In this document: piece by piece, positions 58,792-64,000 of the stretch
Layout: each line of letters opens with the position of its first letter
How positions within the stretch are numbered: the stretch's first letter is position 1
The notes under the pieces: model-generated
The model's database searches: none
What the model was told of the DNA's origin: nothing
Seen by the model: the letters and a program-made list of their open reading frames with translations, nothing else
Origin: Gemmatimonadaceae bacterium
GTDB taxonomy: Bacteria; Gemmatimonadota; Gemmatimonadetes; Gemmatimonadales; Gemmatimonadaceae
Direction: 5' to 3'
Assembly: GCA_035277485.1 (NCBI GenBank)
Contig: DATEKK010000226.1
Location: forward strand, 28,740 to 92,739
Length of the DNA stretch: 64,000 nucleotides
Position numbers and translations under genes: made by a program

Positions 58792-59997
58792 TCACGGCCT
58801 CGTGATGCGCGAGCCGATGGCCGCGACATACCCATCGTAGTTGCGTCGCACCTCGCCTAACGAATCGCCGCCGAACTTCTCGAGAAAAGCCTGCGCGAGC
58901 ACAAACGCCGCCATCGCCTCGGCGATCACGCCCATGGCGGGGACCGCAGTCACGTCGGATCGTTCGGCGACGGCCTGCGCGGACTCGCCCGTGGCGACGT
59001 CGATCGTTTGAAGCGGGCGCATGAGCGTGCTGATCGGTTTCATGCCCACCCGGATGACTAACGGCTCGCCCGTCGTGATACCTCCCTCGAGTCCGCCGGC
59101 GCGATTCGTTAGGCGGTGCACGTTGCCCGTTTTCGGACGTCCAGGCGGCGCCGCCATCTCGATCTCGTCGTGCGATTCGGCACCCGTGCGATGCGCCGTC
59201 TCGAAGCCGAGGCCGATCTCGACGGCCTTTACCGCCGGAATCGACATCAGCGCCGCAGCGAGCCGTCCGTCGAGTTTGCGCTCCCACGAGATGTGCGAGC
59301 CAAGGCCAACGGGGATTCCATCGCACACCACCTCGCAGATGCCACCCAGCGTATTCCCTTCGCGCTTCACCGCATCGATGCGCTCGATCATTCGATTTGC
59401 CGCTGCGGGATCGAGCGTGCGGAGTGGTGATTGGTCGGCTACCGCGTTGATGTCATCGGGAAAAGGATCAGGTCGTTGGGCATCGATGCCGCCCAAGTGG
59501 ACGACGTGGCTGGCAATGCGAACGCCGAATTCGCGCAGGAAGATGCGACAGACTGCTCCAGCAGCAACACGGGCGGCGGTCTCACGGGCGGACGCGCGCT
59601 CGAGAATGTCGCGCGCATCGCTGCGGTCGTACTTGAGCATGCCCGAGAGATCCGCGTGGCCTGGACGAGGCCTCGTGACAACTCGCTTCCGTGGCGCGGG
59701 ATCACCATCGTGCACCGCGGGATCCATGATCTCCTGCCAGTTCTTCCAGTCGCGGTTGGCAATGAGCATCGCGATCGGAGAGCCAATCGTCGCGCCAGCT
59801 CGCACGCCCGACAGCAACTCGGCCGCGTCCTTTTCGATTTGCATGCGCCGGCCACGGCCGTAGCCTTGTTGGCGGCGCATGAGATCGACGTTGACATCCG
59901 CGGCGGAAATCGGGAGGCCGGCGGGCATACCCTCGAGAATGCAAACGAGAGCTGGCCCGTGTGATTCGCCGGCGGTTGTAAAGCGAAGGAGTGGCAA
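58792..59997 (-). CDS. aroC: chorismate synthase
   Basis: Contains LRFTTAGESHGPALV, GRRMQIE and SARETAARV. I prefer TTG 59997 (MPLLRFTT); the track uses GTG 60069. Confidence 0.9.
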   Translation of the reverse strand: MPLLRFTTAGESHGPALVCILEGMPAGLPISAADVNVDLMRRQQGYGRGRRMQIEKDAAELLSGVRAGATIGSPIAMLIANRDWKNWQEIMDPAVHDGDPAPRKRVVTRPRPGHADLSGMLKYDRSDARDILERASARETAARVAAGAVCRIFLREFGVRIASHVVHLGGIDAQRPDPFPDDINAVADQSPLRTLDPAAANRMIERIDAVKREGNTLGGICEVVCDGIPVGLGSHISWERKLDGRLAAALMSIPAVKAVEIGLGFETAHRTGAESHDEIEMAAPPGRPKTGNVHRLTNRAGGLEGGITTGEPLVIRVGMKPISTLMRPLQTIDVATGESAQAVAERSDVTAVPAMGVIAEAMAAFVLAQAFLEKFGGDSLGEVRRNYDGYVAAIGSRITRP

Positions 59998-60169
59998 TAG
60001 AGCAGCGCGGCTAACGGAGCGTCGGCGTGCGTACCAACATGCCGACCAAAGAAAAAGGCGTGGCAGCACCGAATGCTACCACGCCTCCATGTTTTCGCGC
60101 AATCAATTGCTACTGAACGCACTCACGCCAATCGCCCGCTCATCCCGGCGCCATCGGCACAGGCACCCT

Positions 60170-62659
60170 CTAGTTCTGCGGGCAATTCGCGAGGAGTTGC
60201 GCCTGTGTGACGGTGGCGATGACGACACCGAATTGTGTCGCACCGACAAGGATGACGTTGCCCGACGCGTCCTTCCCCGCCCTGATCGGTCCAATGACCG
60301 GATCCCTCGTGGGAAGGATCATGCAGCGACTGAACCGGTACGTGTCATAGACTTCGATTTGTGGCGATGACGAGGCCGCGAAGGCGAGTCGTGTTCCCGG
60401 CGGCGACGAGCTACCACCGATACCGGTGTTGTCCGGCTGGAAATCGAACCCAGCGTTACCGGCCGACGTTTGCAACAAGCCTTGGAGCCGAAGTGTGCGA
60501 TCGATGATGTAAGTGGAATCGCCTCGGATCGCCGCCAGAGCGCCGTCGAAGTTGATGGCCGCGCTGCCGACCCGCGCGAACGAGTTCGCGATGAAGTCGG
60601 AGACCTCGACCGCGGGAGAGATGCCGTTGTCGACTGCAGGCACGGGCGCCGTAAAGGTGCCCAGTGCGTTAGTAAACGTGGTTTGGAAACCGGCGCTGTC
60701 ATCGTACATGATGGCGCGGCTGCCCTGCACCGCTCCGCCTTCGCCGATCACGGCTCGACGGAAGTTACCCGAGTTGCGCACGAAGGTCGTGTCGCGGAAC
60801 GCCAGGTTGGCGATCTGCACTACTATGGAATAGCCGATCGAGTCCGAAGCCGAACCGAATTGACGGAACGGCACGAGCGCGGTGTCGGCTCCGACACCCT
60901 GTGCAGCGTGACGGTCGATTTCGAGTGTGTCGCTCCGGCCGTCCGACTGACCCATCGCCTGCTCGAAGAAGAAGTGCGACGTGTGCTGGGTCAAATTCTC
61001 CCAACGAACAGTGCCCTGGTTTTGGAACGGCAACGTCTGTCCGGGTGTCGGCGTCGTCGAGTAGAGCAGCACAACGTCGCCGCATGGCGCGACCCCCGAG
61101 GCCGGGCCCAAGCAGGTCGCAGCAAGGAACTGCGGACGTTCACTGAAATCGTGCTGCGTCTTGTTCTCGATAACCTGTCCCGTTGTCTTCGAAATGGTAG
61201 ACGTGACCGTGAAGACATCGATCTCGGGGAGCGGGTAGCGGAACACTTCTTGGTCCGCGTTACCCTGGACGTTCACGTAGCTGATGTTCGTGCCGCCTGA
61301 ATTCGCGACGAGGATCGTGTCGCCCATCGTGCCGTCGCGATTCGCCGGCCAGGCGGCCAGGCCCCACGGCTGCGATCCGACAGGAATCGGCGCTTGGAAC
61401 GCGGAGTCGGTGAGGTCGAACACCTCGAGCTCGTTCTTCGCGATATTGCTCATGTACAGCCGGTTAGTCGGCTTGTGGAACAATGCGTCGGCAATCACGC
61501 CGCCCAGAGGCAGATTGCGCGTTAGGCCGGCGACGACCGTCACCGTATCGCCCCGTGGCGTGACGTTGTCACTGAGCAGCGCATATGCGCGCGTGCCGCC
61601 GTTGTTGCGCGCGAATCCGAAGACCTGCACCTGCTTCGGGAAGGTCGTGATGTTGAGGTTCAGCCTGAACGTGTGCAGCGCCGAGCTCACGTTGCCCGAT
61701 ACCTGGAACGAATCCGTCGAGAAGAACGTGTTCGGGTCGCTCGGCAGATTGCGCACTTCGTATCCGAGCCAGCGGACGCCACTGCGATCGTGAGCGCTCA
61801 CGTGCATCGTGTCGGTGACTTCGATGCGCGGCGTGATCCCGAAGTCGACGACCGGGATGCTGTTACCGGACACCGAATTGGAAACCACCACGTTGACCGG
61901 GACGCCGAGTACTCGCCGCTTGAGCGAATCCATGAGGAACGGCGTGAGCGTGAGCGTTCCCGTTGTCGCACCTACCAAGCTCAACGCGGTGTCGACACCG
62001 ACGGAGTCTTTGAGCGGCGAGTTGAAGAGCACCGAGTCGGTGACCGGCGTGGCGAACACACCGCTGGCAATGAAGCCAAGGGCCTTCACCAAGCTTGGGC
62101 TCTTGCCACTGAGTGAGACGGCCATGGTGAAGCCGACGACTGCTGTGTCGGTCGACTTCGGATTCGTAATGATCGCGACCGATGGTGACTGATTGCCGGT
62201 GCCGATGAACGCGGTGTCTGGCCTGGACACGTTGTGCGCGCCGTCGATCGCCGACGCTATGACCGTGACGGTCGTGCCAGGCGGTACGGTGGACGGAACC
62301 GGAACGGTGTACGGCAGCGTCACGTTAGTCACGGCGCTGGTGAACGTGGTGTCGAACGTGCCGCTGATGCCGGGGCCGGCGACACTCACGCGCACATTGA
62401 GCAAGCCGAGATTGTCGGTCGCGACGACATTGAACGCGACGACGGAGTCGGCCGTCGCCGCAGCCGCCGTGATCGAGACGACGGGCGGCGTGGAGTCGGC
62501 GATGACACCGCCACCGGCGCCATTGCCTTCGACGCAGGCCGCGGCGAAGACGATCGCGGCCAGAGCAAGCACACCGCCGGCGAGGCGGCCCGCGTGCGCC
62601 GGCGTGCCGGCGCGCGCGAGGAGAGAAGTGCGCGCGAGGCGCGCCAGGGTCCGCGTCAT
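60170..62659 (-). CDS. large lipoprotein with Ig-like N-terminal repeats and beta-propeller-like C-terminal part
   Basis: ATG 62659 lies 13 nt after the pilQ stop. Lipobox-like AAIVFAAC. Contains TPPVVSITAA...FNVVATDNLGLLNVRV (Ig-like), then LYMSNIAKNELEVFDL and ILVANSGGTNISYVNV (propeller-like). No family recognised. Confidence 0.5.
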   Translation of the reverse strand: MTRTLARLARTSLLARAGTPAHAGRLAGGVLALAAIVFAAACVEGNGAGGGVIADSTPPVVSITAAAATADSVVAFNVVATDNLGLLNVRVSVAGPGISGTFDTTFTSAVTNVTLPYTVPVPSTVPPGTTVTVIASAIDGAHNVSRPDTAFIGTGNQSPSVAIITNPKSTDTAVVGFTMAVSLSGKSPSLVKALGFIASGVFATPVTDSVLFNSPLKDSVGVDTALSLVGATTGTLTLTPFLMDSLKRRVLGVPVNVVVSNSVSGNSIPVVDFGITPRIEVTDTMHVSAHDRSGVRWLGYEVRNLPSDPNTFFSTDSFQVSGNVSSALHTFRLNLNITTFPKQVQVFGFARNNGGTRAYALLSDNVTPRGDTVTVVAGLTRNLPLGGVIADALFHKPTNRLYMSNIAKNELEVFDLTDSAFQAPIPVGSQPWGLAAWPANRDGTMGDTILVANSGGTNISYVNVQGNADQEVFRYPLPEIDVFTVTSTISKTTGQVIENKTQHDFSERPQFLAATCLGPASGVAPCGDVVLLYSTTPTPGQTLPFQNQGTVRWENLTQHTSHFFFEQAMGQSDGRSDTLEIDRHAAQGVGADTALVPFRQFGSASDSIGYSIVVQIANLAFRDTTFVRNSGNFRRAVIGEGGAVQGSRAIMYDDSAGFQTTFTNALGTFTAPVPAVDNGISPAVEVSDFIANSFARVGSAAINFDGALAAIRGDSTYIIDRTLRLQGLLQTSAGNAGFDFQPDNTGIGGSSSPPGTRLAFAASSSPQIEVYDTYRFSRCMILPTRDPVIGPIRAGKDASGNVILVGATQFGVVIATVTQAQLLANCPQN

Positions 62660-62672
62660 GGGTCGCTCTCGG

Positions 62673-64000
62673 TCAGCGGTCGCCGCCGGGCGCACCGATG
62701 GCGTCACCGTCGTCGACAATGTGTGGGGTGACCAGGATCAGGAGATCCGTCTTGTCTTCCTGGGTCCGCGTCTCACCGAACAGCTTGCCGATGAAGGGGA
62801 GATCGACCAGGAGCGGAATACCGGACTTCGACTGTTGAACCTGCGTTGTCGTTAGGCCGCCAATGACCGCGGTCTCGCCGTCGCCCACGAGCAGCTCGTT
62901 GTCCGCGCTCTGCTTGAGGAACGTGTAGCCGAGGTCCGACGCAGCGGGTTGGAGCTGCGAGCGCTCCGCGTGCAGCGTCATGAGGATCTTGCGGTTGTTC
63001 GTGATGTGGGGCGTCACCTTGAGGATGATACCGGTCTCCTTGAACTGCACCGTGGCGCGCGGCGCCGTGGCTCCCGTACCGCCCTGGCTGAGCGAGCCGA
63101 GGTCGACGATACGAATCGGCGTCTCTTCACCCGACAGGATCTGCGCTTCGCGGTTGTCGAGCGTGACGATGCTGGGCTCCGCCTCGACGTCCGACAAACG
63201 GACTTCCTGCAGCCCATCGAGGAACGCCGTGAGGTTGAACTTGCCTAACGCGGTCGAGAAGATGAGGGACAACGCGGGGTCGACCACGCGCTGCGTGGCG
63301 TTCGAAATCGCCGCGAGCGAGTTGCCGCCGATGTTGATGACCTGTGTGTTGGACGGGAACGGCGTTCCGACGACGGCGTCGGGCACACCATCGCCGTTCG
63401 AGTCGATCGGCTTGAAGGTGCTCGGGTCGGTACGCTGCACGAGCTTATTGAAGAACGTGCCGTTGTCGCCCAGGTCATAGCTCACGCCGATGTCCTGGAT
63501 GTTCGTGCGATCGACGAGAATGATCTTGGTCTTGATCGAGACCTGCGGCGTGCGAACGTCGAGGTCCTTCACGTAGTTGGCGATTTCCTCGAGACGCGAC
63601 GGCACATCGGTCACGAGCAACCGGTTCGTGCCGGAGTCCGCGGTCACATCACCGCGCGTCTTGCACTCCGTGCTGCCGGTCGCGCCGTTCGGACCGGCTG
63701 CGCCCGGAGGGCAATCCTTGGAGAGCAGGCTCTTCACCGTGGAAACGAGCGAGCTCGCGCGGGCGTAGTTCACCGAGATGATGCGGGTCTGCACTGGTTC
63801 GGTGGCTTGCTGCTTGGCAATGTTCTCGTAGCTGTCGACGGAAATGATGCCGTCGGCGTCTTCTTTGGCGGCGTAGCCCTGCGACGACAGGATTGCGCGT
63901 AAGGCGACGTCCCAGGGTTGATCGCGAACTTCGGCGGAGACGTTTCCCGTCACGCCTTTGCCCGCGACGATCGTCCGGCCGGAGAAGACGGCGAAGCCTG
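62673..64000 (-). CDS. pilQ: type IV pilus secretin PilQ (5' end beyond the window)
   Basis: The frame stays open to nt 64000 (..IVAGKGVTGNVSAEVRDQPWDVALRAIL). N domains are followed by a secretin core (VEAEPSIVTLDNREAQI, ILKVTPHIT, GGLTTT...SGIPLLVDLPFIGKLF, LLILVTPHIV). Confidence 0.85.
   Translation of the reverse strand, partial: GFAVFSGRTIVAGKGVTGNVSAEVRDQPWDVALRAILSSQGYAAKEDADGIISVDSYENIAKQQATEPVQTRIISVNYARASSLVSTVKSLLSKDCPPGAAGPNGATGSTECKTRGDVTADSGTNRLLVTDVPSRLEEIANYVKDLDVRTPQVSIKTKIILVDRTNIQDIGVSYDLGDNGTFFNKLVQRTDPSTFKPIDSNGDGVPDAVVGTPFPSNTQVINIGGNSLAAISNATQRVVDPALSLIFSTALGKFNLTAFLDGLQEVRLSDVEAEPSIVTLDNREAQILSGEETPIRIVDLGSLSQGGTGATAPRATVQFKETGIILKVTPHITNNRKILMTLHAERSQLQPAASDLGYTFLKQSADNELLVGDGETAVIGGLTTTQVQQSKSGIPLLVDLPFIGKLFGETRTQEDKTDLLILVTPHIVDDGDAIGAPGGDR

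Overview
High-GC bacterial chromosomal segment, roughly two-thirds G+C on sampled lines. It is densely packed with about 58 genes in 11 strand blocks, and many neighbouring genes share ATGA/GTGA start-stop overlaps. I found no rRNA, tRNA, CRISPR array, IS element or prophage. The content is mostly housekeeping:
- gpmI, queD, molybdenum-cofactor genes (mobA, mobB, moeA, mogA) and a PBP4-type peptidase.
- An ETF-QO/etfA/etfB/glutaryl-CoA dehydrogenase block.
- cstA, an S9 peptidase and ybdD.
- The membrane half of the ATP synthase operon (atpZ-I-B-E-F-H).
- MoxR, dut, gcvT and argF.
- An aroC-aroK-smg-topA-trmFO-xerC-hslV-hslU run.

Accessory or regulatory content:
- A tandem pseudokinase-kinase.
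- A SARP-AAA-TPR regulator and an HD-GYP protein.
- A sigma54 activator with a degenerate receiver domain.
- A four-gene type IV minor-pilin cluster.
- The 3' part of the pilQ secretin, followed by a large lipoprotein.

The most unusual signal is not a gene. The 7-mer GTTAGGC (usually CGTTAGGC) occurs about 80 times by hand count, on both strands, in almost every gene and in several spacers. That is about ten-fold above a simple composition expectation. In 49 cases it is written as the codon pair TTA-GGC (Leu-Gly), using a codon that is otherwise nearly absent here. This looks like a DNA-level word (uptake sequence, recombination or binding site, or a repair footprint).

A second unexplained structure is a 252-bp near-perfect foldback with 92-nt arms between ybdD and a beta-propeller gene.

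All calls rest on reading the sequence and remembered family signatures. No searches were run, and counts are manual. Many ORF-track entries are shadow ORFs or over-extended N-termini, because the track also accepts GTG/TTG starts and keeps the longest ORF.
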